This document shows, in pieces, positions 23,546 to 38,572 of a DNA stretch of 64,000 nt. The stretch lies in the NCBI RefSeq assembly GCF_009914755.1, contig NC_060939.1; one strand, given 5' to 3'. Positions within the stretch are counted from its first letter, which is position 1, and each line of letters opens with the position of its first letter. The stretch is from the human T2T-CHM13v2.0 reference genome, Homo sapiens. The position numbers were made by a program, and so were the translations under genes. The notes beneath the pieces are model-generated. The model was given only the letters and a program-made list of their open reading frames with translations. It was not told the origin of the DNA and made no database searches.

Positions 23546-25107
23546 AGAGAAAAAGAGAGAACGAGACTGACTGACTGTCCCTGGGGGAGTAGGTGGTTAT
23601 CTATTTCCAAGATATGCTCAAAGCCCATCCTGGGACCAGCTTTATTCTTTCATAAATTCAATAAATTCTTAATAAGCACCTGCTCCATAATTGGCCATGG
23701 GCTGAGTGCTGCTGACACAGAGATGAAGAAGACAGTCCCTGTCCTCCAGGAGCACTCAGCCTGGTGAAGAAGAATGTTTGATAGGGGAAGAGTCACCTTC
23801 AAGGACTTCCTTCTCTACTGATTTTCCTTATGACTTGAAGCAAGTCACCTCCCCTCTCAATGGGATTATTAAGGAGACAATGAACAGCATTAATCAATCC
23901 AAAACTCAGAGTAAAGGGCACCGGATAAATCTGAATGCCTGGATCATTAGAGGAAACATGATTCTCTTTCTGGACCATCAAGGAGATGAATCTGTTGGAA
24001 ACCAGAGGGAGGGGCACTTGGGCACACCGCACTAAGACCTAGGATATTTTTGACAACTGGAAAACTCCAAAATAGTTAAGCATGCATCAAAATTAATCAG
24101 CTTTCAGGAAAACGTGAGGCTCCTGGGGAAAAGAATCAGTGCTTTCTAGTTACTAGGACACCGGAGGCAGAATGTGCAAATACCCCTATGTGGTATCATC
24201 CTCTTAGCCTAAAAGTACTCTCTGCACATGGTACTCTGTCAGAAAGGTGAAGGGAAAGAACTAACCCTTACTGAGCATTTGCTTCTTACGACAACCCTGG
24301 GAGATGGTCAGAACTGCAAGGAGGGAGGGGCCCTCTCTGATGTTTGGAGGGGTTAAGTCACATGTGCAAGGTCTTTGGCTGGTGTGCAAGACAGCACAGT
24401 TTCAAACCTCAGTGTGCTGGACTTCAAAACTCATGCACTCTCCACCCCATCTGTCATGTGCAAGGCATTGCTGGGTGCAAGAGAGAAGCAGAGAGGAGCA
24501 AGCTAGGAGCCCTGACTTCAGGAGCTCATATAGGCAAAGACCATGTTGGGGTGGGAGGGGGGGAGTGTGGGGGGTGGGGGTAAGTAGAAGGAAGTAACAA
24601 AGGCAAAGGGAAGTTGTAGGTGAGGTGTGAAAACAGAAAAGAAAGGCTTAGCAGGACAGAAAATGTGTCAAGGAGTGCTGGGAAACAAAGCTGGAAGGGC
24701 GAGTGGAAGCCAGATAAGAGAGAACTTTTACTGCCACATCAGGAAATTTGGAATTCATCCAGGAGGCAGGGAAAACCATTGAGGCCTCTAGAACTGGAGA
24801 ACAATGTGAACAAAGAGGTCTGTAAAAAGAGAAATCCAACAATAGTGTATAGGATAAGCTGGAGAGGAGGAAAACTAGAGATTGAGAAGCTGGTTAAGAT
24901 TGCTTATAAACACAGGGTCAACACGTACAGTTGTGTAGTTTGAGCATTTCTCAAAGTACTCAACCAAAGGGATAGACAGAGGATAAAATCCACTCTGTAC
25001 ACTCTTGGCCAGACCCAGCTGTAACCCTGGCACGTGGCTACATGCACCCAGATGGGGCATCTTTTCTAACTCACACATAGGCACCATATAGACTGGCAGG
25101 GTCCAGG

Positions 25108-25467
25108 TCAATTCTCAAACTTTTGGTTTCAGAACTCCATTCACTCTCAAACAAAACTACTGACGGCCTCAAAGAGCTGTTGTTTATGTGAGTCATATCT
25201 ATCAGTATCTACCAATTAGAAATTAACACTGAGAAAGATGTAAAACTCCAGAATACATTAGCACAAACTCCATGCATCATCAGAGCAATGATGTTATCAC
25301 GTCCTGTGGCCTCTGGAAAACTCCACGGTATGCTCATGAGAGGATGAGAGTGAAAAAGGCAAATAATGGCTCAGTGTTACTATGAAAACAGATTCTATTT
25401 CATTGTCTCCTGAAAAGGTCTTAGGGCCCCCCCAGGACACCCTGGACCACCACTTGAGAACTGCTGC
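25108..25467 (+). mobile_element. Charlie1-family hAT non-autonomous element
   Basis: Termini CAATTCTCAAACTTTTGG / CTTGAGAACTGCTG; internal CAAAGAGCTGTTGTTTATGTG...TTAGAAATTAACACTGAGAAA. Confidence 0.7.
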
Positions 25468-27381
25468 CTAGTTAATATGGGCCTAGAGTGGAGTGGGAAA
25501 AACTGGAGAGAGGGAAGAGAAGATCCAGTTAACATCACAAGGAAGGCAAAATGGTACGTGGTGCTTTGTAGGGGATAAAAGAAGAGGAAAAAGCAAAAGA
25601 TGACCCCAAGATTTTAAGCTCCAAGAGACAGGAAATCAACGGCAGGGAGAACTGTCTTTGGTTGAAAACAGAAGAGAAAGAAAAGAACCAGCAGAAAGGA
25701 AGAGAGGACACATTACGAATGAGGTTGGGATGGGGGTGAGGCTGGGGAGGGACAGACCAAGGTCCTAGAAGGGGAAAGGGAAGGATCAAGTCAAGAAGCC
25801 TTGGAGGTGTTGCCTTGGGGTTATGTCAAGATGTCTGTGTAGCTGGACATGAGACAGAGAAAAGAGAAAAGGTAGACAGGAAAAAATGAGACGAACATAA
25901 TAGACATTATAGGATCATAATATTAGCATCGCACTTGCCGTAGTGCCAACACTAGACTAAATGCCTTCCACGCATTTCTTCACGTAACCCTCATGACAAG
26001 AAGAGCAGAAGGCCAGATGAGCTGCCCAGTGTATGCAGGAAAGATAGGCCAGAGGAGGTGGAGCAGTGTGGGCTCACACTGCAGGGGCTGCAAGGAGAGG
26101 CCTGGCCACCCTGCTAGAATGACAAGGAGGGTCCAGATGCTTGAATATATGTGAACTGAACCAGGTCAGCCTGGTTTTCCCAGCTGCTCACTTGACAAGA
26201 TGCAGTCATTCATTATTAAGTAGGTGTAAAAATACAAATTATCCACCTGGGTGGAAAAGACTAGACAGGCGAGGGGCTTGGCTGCATTGCCGCAAGCCAC
26301 ACAGCACTTGATGCTGTGCTGCCTCCTGTCTGGTCCCTGCACTGCTGCACATCCCAGCATCTCATGGCCCCCCAAAGGCAGACAGCATGAGAATGTCCTG
26401 AGGCTGGCCAGAGAATTAGGTGAGATGTTTGGGATGTGCCAAGGATGCTGCCAGGCAAAGGCTTTGTACAAATTTTCTGCTTCCTTCCATCCTTTCCCCC
26501 CAGGGTCCTGCTTACAGGACCTGATCCAGCAGATGGGATGCACCTTGAAACCTGGTCCTTTGTTCCAACTGAGTTTATGGGAAACTGCAAAAGAACTGTG
26601 GGGTATTCCCCCCATCCTTCTGGACTTTCCTCCAAGAGAACAAGACACACACACAGCAGAAAACATTTTGAGTCTTAAAACAATGACACCCTAGACAGCC
26701 CACTGAGCAAATCCACAATCGTCTTTATATCTGGACAAGAGAGGATTCAAATGGTGAGGTGGGCAAGAAGCAAAGACCGGCACATCCTAAATCTAAATGA
26801 TGCTGTCCATCCTGTGTCCCTCCTCCCATTGAACCAGATCTCAAGCAGGGGAGCCTTTAGCCAGGACTTTGGGGGCAGTCCTGCGGAACCTAAAGCATGG
26901 CTTTCCATGCTTCATGAATAATGCAGGCAGTCGCATTAATAATACAGCAGCAGCTGCTGCAAGGCAAAGCTTACCAACACCCGGCACTTGCCCCAAGATG
27001 GCCTGGGGCCTAATCGCAGGGCTCTGATGGCTCCCCACATATTAACTCAGCCCCATCTGAGTTTGTAAGGACAGGCACTTTGCAGCACAGCCAAGGCCAC
27101 CACTGGATATTTAGAAAACACTGATTCCCTCCGGTCATCACTCTAGTGGTTTTCTTCTTCCCTGCACAGCATCAACACTTCCAGTGACAGTCCTGGGGCC
27201 AGGCAGTGGAAAATGAGGAGGGGACCCAGATCAGCCAGGACAGCCCTGCTGTCACCCAGAAAAGGATCCCCAAAGGATGGAGCCATCAGCACAGGCCTCC
27301 TTGAGATAACAACAGTCAGATGGTAGGAAAAGCACACAAACCAAAGATCTGAGTTGGGACAGCTGTATCATTTCAAGTGAA

Positions 27382-28160
<779 letters not shown>

Positions 28161-31100
28161 GCTAATAACTTAACTCTCTAAGGTTCTCTTTTAACACCAG
28201 CAAAATGGAGATCATTGTGCTTGACCTTCCTTCTTCACAAATTTATTAGGAGGATTCATGATAATATATGTTAGCATGATTTGGGAACAAAAAGAAGCTA
28301 TTAAGAGGCCAGAAATGATCACTATAGTAATACTATTAGTAACATTATTGTTTAGTGACGTCTCCAAGAACGGTAGAAAGTCATCACGGCCAAGACTGGG
28401 AAGAGAAATGCACCAGGACCAGCCCAAACCCATCCCCGCTACTGAGTTAATATTTTACCAAGCTGATTAAATCTTCAAATGATACTAGAGGTAATTATCA
28501 CTTTCCTTTAAAAGAAAATGAAATACTCCAATCTATTTTAATCATGTCTGCTCCATGCATGCAGGGTATTCAGAGAAGCCTGTTCAAGATACATTAAGGA
28601 TCCTTAGGGCACTGCTGGAGTGTTTCTGTGCTGTAGGTCTACATCCTCTGAGACCTCTTCCCATTGCCTAAATTGTATCTTGAGATTCAGAATCTAAGCT
28701 TCTTTTCTTCCTACTTCATTCTTTATCTCTAAGACAATCTCTCTGATTCCTGCTCTGATTTTTGGACAGACAGGTCTCATCTTCTCTGCAAGGAAAAAAA
28801 AAATAATCTTGCCATAACCAGAAACTTCTGAGAGCACTGCACAATGCCACGTCAAATTTTTCCAACCTGTGCCATTGAAACTGTGCTGGTTACTCCAATG
28901 CAAGTCATGGAAGATGCGAAGATGCTTCAAATTCACTCAATAAGAGGTACGCCCCCCTGGACAGAGGGGAAGCTGTGAGTCAGGGGCTTGGCCAAGACCA
29001 TCTCCCTCATCCCACAAAAATAAATGAGAGAAAGTAGAGGAAGGGTCTTGGTGCACTGCAGGAACTCTGAGATGGTAACTTGTTTGTTTTTTTTTCCTTT
29101 GATTCCACTCAAGGGACCCGACATCTTGAGAGGGGCTTCTGGAAGGAGAGGCCGAGCATGTAGGGTGTGTTGCTTGAGTCAGGTAAGAGAAACAGCCTGG
29201 TCTTTGGAAACAGCAGATCGGGGTAGTGATAATATTAAACATCATAACACTCATTCCCAGATATACCACTTACTAGCCATGTGATCTTGAACTACCTGTT
29301 TAACTTAGCCGAGCCTCAAATCCCTCATTTGTAACACTGGTCACACTGCTACCTCCCTGTAGGATTGTTCCAAGGATAAGACAGAACCTCACACACATTA
29401 GATGCTCAAGACGTGCCTCTTCCTTCTCCTTCTGCCCTACTGGAAAAGTCATGGACACTCAGCCCTTCCATTCTTACAGCAAGGATCCTCTACTGGGCAA
29501 GGGGCTGGTTGGGGTACAGCAGAGGTCCTTAGTGACAGAAAGAAACATGTTAAGGAATTGCTGCACACCCTCTGCCCCTTCTGTCCCTGCAGAGGGTCAC
29601 TTAAACCTCACACTTCTGGCCTGTGGCTTTCCTGGCTCCACAACACACTGAGCCCTTTCTCCTCCAGGGCCAAAATTCTTTCTTCCTGGAAATACACAAC
29701 CCATCCCCACGCCCCAGCCCACAGGCTCCATCGAGCAGACCCTGGCAGTCTAGATGGCTCATGGCAGATGGCGCCATGTGGACTAATAAGGAAGTCAGAC
29801 AAGAAAATACTACCCCCTCTTCCATTTGCCAGGAACTGGGATTGTTTGGATTTTAATCATAACCACAGCTAAGAGCCAACACGCGGCCCCTCCAGCCAAA
29901 AGATGAATTTTCCTCTCCCAAGATTCAATTCTTCTTCAAAAAATAGACCCCTACCAGGGTGATTGCTCCTTAGAGGGGGGCTTCTTTATTCTCCAATATG
30001 ATTTTTTTCTTAGTTAACAATATGACAGAAATAAAACACACCATGGACATGGTGGCACTCACACACTGACTCACACTGGAGGGAATGTCTTCATTCCTCC
30101 ATAAGTCACATCTAACTCACTGGTGTATTGATCCCAGGCAAAGATGAATGCAGAATCCCATGATCCTCTGGGAGAAATCTGACATTTTCTTTAAATATAT
30201 ATCCACGGAACAACTGTTTCTAAAACTCCACAAAACAGGTCACCAGGGCAGCAGCACACCATTGATTTCACATCCAATAATTTTTTAGAAAGAGCACTGA
30301 ACATTTTCTCAATAATTCAGCCAACAGCAGACCCCCTATGTCCCCTGGAGAGATGCCATCCCTGGCCTCCTGAGATGAAGGGACTACGGGTTCCAGAATA
30401 ATTACATGCAAGACACCCAAGAAAGAGATCCCCCAAGGCCCTCAGTCAGTTCTAGGGTAACTTAAGAAAGACCACAATCATGTGTTTTTTTAAAATTATG
30501 GTAGAATAGATCCTTGTGTTGGAAACAGACTGAAAACACTGGGAGATAGTTGAGCACAGTGGTCAAAGCTTTGGGTCCACACACTGCCACTATTCAGTGA
30601 GTGACCTTAAACAGTATACTTAACCTTGCTAAGCATCTCAGTGTCCTCCAAAGTGAAGTGATAGTAATAATTCCTACCTTAAGGAATTGCCATAAGGATT
30701 AAATTAAATTAAGTATACAACTTAAGAGATTGCTTGGCACAATGCCTGGCACAGAGGAAGAACTCAGAAATCAGTGTTAGTAGTAAATCGTAGTAGTCAT
30801 GTTAATTTACCTTTTCCACCTACAGTACACAAGGTCATCATGGGGTGATAGGCTACTGGGATGCTTGATGTAAAGCATCAAGAGCTGGGTCTGAAAAGGT
30901 AAGGTTTTGATGCATCCATGAAGTCAGGTCTTGCTAGGTGAAGGGAAAACAAGTTGAAAGGCCAACAGCATAGGCAGAGGTCCAAGGTCATTGCCTCTTG
31001 GTAAAGAGAGTAAAGCAATCAGCATTCAGTGAATTTGGATCTGCGTCACCAAGTAAGAGGGAACACATGAGCGGTGTCTCTGGAACCCTGACTCCCTAAC

Positions 31101-31966
31101 TTGATCCATGCCTCAATTCCTTTTCAATTTATTCCTTGATTTATACCCTCAACATAATATGATGTCCTTCATGCACAGAGATGACCCCGATGAATCACTC
31201 ATCAACATGAGTTATTTTTTCCAGCAGTGGTCACGAATGTTCACTCATTTGGCCTTCCTTTGTTTGTGCAGAATGGCTGGCTGGGATAGGGGTGCCCTGA
31301 TCAGCCTTGGACCACAGCAAAGCTAAGCAGTCCACATGCAGATTGAAAAAATATATGGCCTCCCCAAACCCCTTGACATGCCAGTACTCAAGTCAAATAA
31401 GCTGAAGAAGATTATGAGTGGTGAAAAGACATGTAACTTGAAGTCAAAAGGTGTGGGTTCAAGTCCCAGCTTGGCTAGGCCCTAGAAATGTGATCTTAGT
31501 TGAGTCTCACGTGTCTTTCTAAGCCTCAGAATCCTCACCCATAAAATGCAGAGAATAATAATATCTACCTCTTATGACTCTTATGATGATAAATCTAAAG
31601 TTATATAAATGAAAGCATGCCTAATAGTCTATAAAGTTATATATTATGAATGTGATTTATTATAAATTCTTTATTATAAGTATTTATACTATTATAACTA
31701 ATTATCTACAGATCACAAAACTAAGTCATAATAAAAGAAGAGACTCCTGTCTTCTGAAATAGATTGTGCCCAGAAAGAGCATCCGAAGTCAAGCAAAAGG
31801 GTTAATTGCTCTCACTGAACATGGTACACTCTGTGTCAACCAACCCAAGTAGGCTCTTCGAGTAGATGTATGCTCAGCCTTCAGGTGGTTCCACTGCTTG
31901 ACACTCCTCCCCATCCACCCATTACCAGCACTTCAGTACCTGGACAGTCTTCAAAACCAAACTTAC

Positions 31967-32035
31967 AATTCCCGAAGACTCAGCGTCTGGAAGAGCTGCC
32001 ACGAGAGTGTGGTGAGCCGGTTACTTGACAGGTTT
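31967..32035 (-). CDS. NTRK3: NTRK3 coding exon, 69 nt, LRR ((I)NLSSNRLTTLSWQLFQTLSLRE(L)), phase 2-2
   Basis: Acceptor TTGCAG|A and donor TT|GTAAGT; manual translation matches TrkC ~aa132-155; not in the ORF track. Confidence 0.97.
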
Positions 32036-32137
32036 CTGCAAGATTGACAAATAAAGGGAAATTTTAAAACAAGTCTGGCACAAATAATGCTCTAGGTAGT
32101 AAGCTTAATCATTTCACTGGAGCCTGGCTTTGTTTTC

Positions 32138-32183
32138 CTTCTTCTTCTTCTTCTTCTTCTTCTTCTTCTTCTTCTTCTTCTTC
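32138..32183 (-). repeat. (GAA)15 trinucleotide microsatellite ((CTT)15 on +)
   Basis: Uninterrupted CTT x15 at 32138-32182. Confidence 0.97.
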
Positions 32184-32909
32184 ATGCTGTTAGGCTAGCG
32201 ATACATCTGCTAATAGCTGAGGGCATAGATCAGGTTTGGATAGGCTTTTGAGGCCTTTTAAAGGGCAAGATTTTACAAATCAAAGAAACCATGAAATTCT
32301 CATGGTCATTCTTCCATATCCCCTCCCCACAATAAAAGTTTACAGAGCCTTTATGAAGCCATCCTTCTCTAAGAGGACAGGGAGTTCTCAGAGTAGATAA
32401 GCCCACTAGCATTCTTAACACGCACACAGGTCAAAAAACTCTGCAGGTCACCTACAATTCCTTTTAGCCAGTGTCTCTCCCAGCAAACATGCCCACCAAT
32501 GATCAAGACATCAGCCTTTTGTTCACACGTCTGTTCTCCTCCTAATGGCTATTTAATTGTTCTCATTAGGATGTACAGGGGAAAGGAGCAGCCATTAGTC
32601 TTCTGGATAAAAGAAGAAACACGCCCACGGTTATTACTTTGCCAGGCTCAACAAACAACTTTTGATGTGATAACAGCCCTTAAAGGCAGCAGTTAGACAC
32701 TGCTAGAATTGAAGTGGCATCCCAGGAACAATGTACTCATCTACTGATGGGAACAAATGGCAGTGCTGATTCCATTTAGGTAAATATCTATCCACACAAA
32801 CACGATGTGTGTATACTTGTGTCTATTAAACATGTAGGTACTAAAGGCAAACACAGACTCTTGTTTATACACACACATATGCTTACACACGCACCTATAT
32901 TTGGATGAC

Positions 32910-33750
32910 TTCTACAACAAATATTTATTGAGGCTACACTGACGAATGAGGGAGTTGACCATTGAGGGGGAAGGGAAGTTCCCTCTGGAATCTTATATTC
33001 AAGTTACAGATGAATAAGCAGAAGGAAGAGTATCAACACCGTGATGTAAGTAACTGATACAGGAGTGCGGAGGGCTCAGAGAGAGGTGCCTTCTGAGAAG
33101 GTAGCATCAGGCCTGAGCCAAGAAGAAGAAAGAGCTGAGTACCAAGGGAGGAGTGTTTCAGGCAGTGAAAGTAGCAAGTGTCAAGGCCTGAGAGATCCAG
33201 AGGACCAGGAAGGAAGCCAGTCAGGAAGTAGTGAGGAGTGCTTTGGGATAAGGGGGAGAGGCATTCACGCCACACTTGCTGGCCATGGGGAGGAGTTTGG
33301 ATTTGATATTAAAGAGTGGTGGGAAGGCACTGGATGGTTCTCAGCAGAGAAGTGACCTAGTCTAATTACCATTTTAAAAAATAGAAGACCAAGACTGGAA
33401 GTTGGCAGGCCAGCTAGGAAGCTGCTACAGTCTTCCAACCAAGAGAAGGGAGTGGAGATAATCAAGTGGATGGATTCAAGATAGGTGTTAGAGGTAGAGC
33501 TGCCAGGATTTCTATTGGATTGGATTTTGGAGAGGAGAGAAAGAGAAGTGAGTGGCCAGGTAAATGGTGACATCATTGAGTAGAACGAGAAAGCCTGCCA
33601 AAGGATCACATGGAGGCGATGGGATAGAGACCTTCCCCTTGCAAATATGAAGTTTGACACACTGTTAGCTATCCAAAGAGATAAGTCAAATTGCCTGCTG
33701 GATTCCTGGGTCTAGAGCTCATGGGAGAGGTTGGGGCTGGGTAAGATCAC
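32910..33750 (-). mobile_element. L2 LINE fragment
   Basis: CAACAAATATTTATTGAG; GGCCATGGGGAGGAGTTTGGATTT; GTGGATGGATTCAAGATAGGTGTTAGAGGTAGAG motifs. Confidence 0.7.
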
Positions 33751-36592
33751 ATAGGGAGGGAGTCCACCCAGTTCATAACAGTACCAGACACTAAAATACA
33801 AGAACAACCAAAGGGACATGGCTTTCCCTTCTCATTGGACGCAGCCCTCTTTGGTGCAGTGGCTTGGTTCCACCCCAGCCTGAACTGGCTAGGTCCCTGA
33901 GATGGCCCATGACTGTGCAGAGGAGGCAGCCTCATGCTGGGGGTGCAGGGTACTGGAGGAGAAGGGAAAGAAACATAGGTAGATGTCTCCCAAGTTTACT
34001 GTTCTGCTGTCTTCCCTGTACCCAGTACCCTCTCTGTTCAGAGTTTTTAAGCCTCTAGGATAGTCCCCATGGCCCTACACTGTCACCAACCGCCTCTCTG
34101 CAAGGCTGAGACCTCTGGTATGACAGCACATGCTCACTAAAAGCCTATACACCTAAGCCATCCATCATGCTCAGCTCCACAAAACCCCTAATGACTATAC
34201 AGCTTATTCCTACAAACTTCCACTGTTCCCCCACCGATCAGAAAGGTGTGATAAAAGAAGAACTGCAGTGATGACCACCTGAGGACACCACCTGGGGCAA
34301 AGCCCCATGCAGCAGCCCAGCTCCTGCTCAGAAGGGTGGAGCTGGAGACCAGACACACACTCCCACTGAGTCACTAACCACACCCTATTAGACCAGGAGT
34401 TCGAACTTGGGGTTCAGGACAACAGGATTTGGTACTGCTCTGAGTCTCCATTGCCACTGGCCTTTATGAGGTTTTATTAAATCTAAGTGTTTGATTCATC
34501 TAGGTAGAAATCTTCTGTTTTGCTCTATTTTGCCTGGTTTACTCTATGCACAACAGCATCACGGCAGCAAAAGCTGGACAAGCCCCCAGCTTCCAAATCC
34601 ATGAGGTAATCCCTGCGGCACTTTGGGAAGATGTCCGTCCCCTGCCTTTAGCTCCCTACCCCTCTCCAGTGCCTCCCTGAACAAAACCCATGGTTCTGAA
34701 GCTGAGCAGCTGCATCCAATGGGCAGTTGGTAGCCAGAAAGCTCAGACTTATTGAGCCCTGAAGAACATGCCCCTGGTAAGGTACAAAAGCAACTGGTGG
34801 GAACTAGCAGGCCAGGAGACAGGAGCAGTCCAGGTGAAATGGGCAGCCCTGCCCATCTCAGAGGGAGGAGCAGGCAGGGAGCCTGCCAGGAGTCCTGGGG
34901 AACCCGAGGCAGAGAGCAGGCTGCCAGCGATGTCCTCTCACAAAGGTCATGCTTTGCTACATTAGGCAGAAATGTCAAAAGAAAATTGGATTCTGAAAGA
35001 AAGAAAATAACAGACATTCTGGGCAAATAAAGACTAAGAAATAGCATTATTGCCTTATTACAAGTCAGAGGAAGGAGGGGTCCTGGGACACCTGTTAAGG
35101 GGGAAGTGGGCTCCTACTCTCCCAGGGCTGCCTTGGCTTCATCTCCCCCTTGCCCCTCCCCCACCCATCAAGCCCCACCTGGATTCCTCCCGCTCTTTGG
35201 GTGGATGGAATGGCTGAAGCACTCATGTGATCTGCCCACAGACACAGACAACCCAGTGCCTGTTTGCAGAGCCTGGAAACTGTATTGCACAAGTTCAGGG
35301 AGGGTTGCAGTGTGCACAACCCTTGCAACTGTACACAATGCCCTGCCAGACACACAGTAGAAGCACCAAGCCCCAGAAAAAAACTTATACAAAAAGACAA
35401 GAGATAAGGCAAACATATACACACCACAAAACAAGCAGAGCATGCCTCTGGCCACCCTGCCCTCACCGGCATTGATAAATTCTCATAGCGCAGGGTAAAT
35501 AAACAAGCTTCTGTATGAGTTGCCACCCACTCGGAACTCATTGCCCCTGATTTTTCCTTCTAGCTGGGGCCTCACCTATATGCACCTGTCATCAATTATT
35601 GATGAGCTGGTTACCCTGCTCATCAGACAAGAGTTTAATTAAGAACACCCTGCCTCTGAGCCCCACGGCAGCCTTTTCTGTGGGCCTCCTCCCTAATAGA
35701 TCCATTATCACCCGTCTCTGACTTTTGCTTGGGTCAATGGCCAGTTTCCAAGCCATCTGACCATTGAATTAATTTGGTGAGCAAGATTTTACGAGATGAT
35801 GCATCAAACTCTTCCGCAAAATCAAGTTCCGTGACACTGCCCCTTCTATCTCTCGCCTGAGACTACCAAACAAAGCCATTAATTTTGTGCTGCAAAACTG
35901 GCCCTCTCACAGACCAGACTCTGGGGTCCAGAGGTAGTAAACAATGATGATGTGGCTACTGGGTGCTCCGGGAACAAGGAGCCAGACACACAGATGGCTG
36001 AACCCTGGGCCCTGAGGAACGACAGAGCTGAGATGTCACCTCTGGCATTAACCCCATAATGAACAGGGGTCCTCCCAGGCAACCTCTCCTCTGACCAGTA
36101 GAAACCTAAGCACAGTAAGCAGTCCTATGACCTTCCTAATGGTGGCACCCAAGTATGGCAGGAATAGAGCCCACAAATGGGGAGGATTTCATCTTCTACC
36201 CTGGGAAACCTACTGTTACAAAAGGGTCAATAAGACGGACCCTGTTGCCAAGAGAAACCAACCAGATGAGTCCCTCTGTTGCCCCTTTGGGGGTTGAGAG
36301 TTGAGGAGACATTAAGCCCCATCCAAAAAGTGGTCCTGAAGATGGAAGGATTTGTGGATTTCCTGGATTAAGAGTTGGGCTGACATTTGGAAGCACCTCC
36401 TCTTCTACTGGTAGAGGCAGGCTAATGGGCAGGTATGTCTTAGGATTTGCATGTGTAAGGGATTGCTGGTGGCAGGTCCTCTGCGTCTCTGAGCTATTAA
36501 ACCAGACTGCCTCACCTGTGTACTCCCACTCCAGCTCCTGGATGCTCACTCCACCTCCACACCTCCTTGGTCCCTCTCACTTGAGTGTTTTC

Positions 36593-37295
<703 letters not shown>

Positions 37296-37739
37296 CCTGT
37301 TCTCGGCCCCTCATTTGCCCTGAGGCCTTAACGGCCAAGTTGGCTGCCTCACTGTGATCCCTGAAAGCCTCCAAGTCATGGTTTTCTGTCACCCCCTTGC
37401 TCTGTCTATGCTTGGTGGCTCCAGGGAACCAGCCTCCCAATCAGGTTCCAGCCACTAAGATCTAATCTGGTATCTGCCCACTTGCCCACCCCCTGGGTGT
37501 ACTCCAGCCTCCTCCTGCAAAAAGATTATTAAAAGAGATAACAGACAACCAGGGGCATACTCAGTTTGCATCCCAGACATAAATGCCACAGTCACTGACT
37601 CTTCCTGGAGGATTCATTCTGCTGCTTGCAGAAAGGCACTCTTTTGAGCACCGTTTGGTCTTGGTGCATCCAGCACAGCTAACCAGAAAACAATGAATGT
37701 CCAACCCCTCCCAATCCTGCAAGCTCCCAGGGTCTGTGA

Positions 37740-38572
<833 letters not shown>

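Noticed and set aside
31656-31675. Two sense AATAAA ~300 nt downstream of the 69-nt exon
   Set aside because: They lie in an AT-rich low-complexity patch where the hexamer is expected by chance; no clear GU-rich downstream element.
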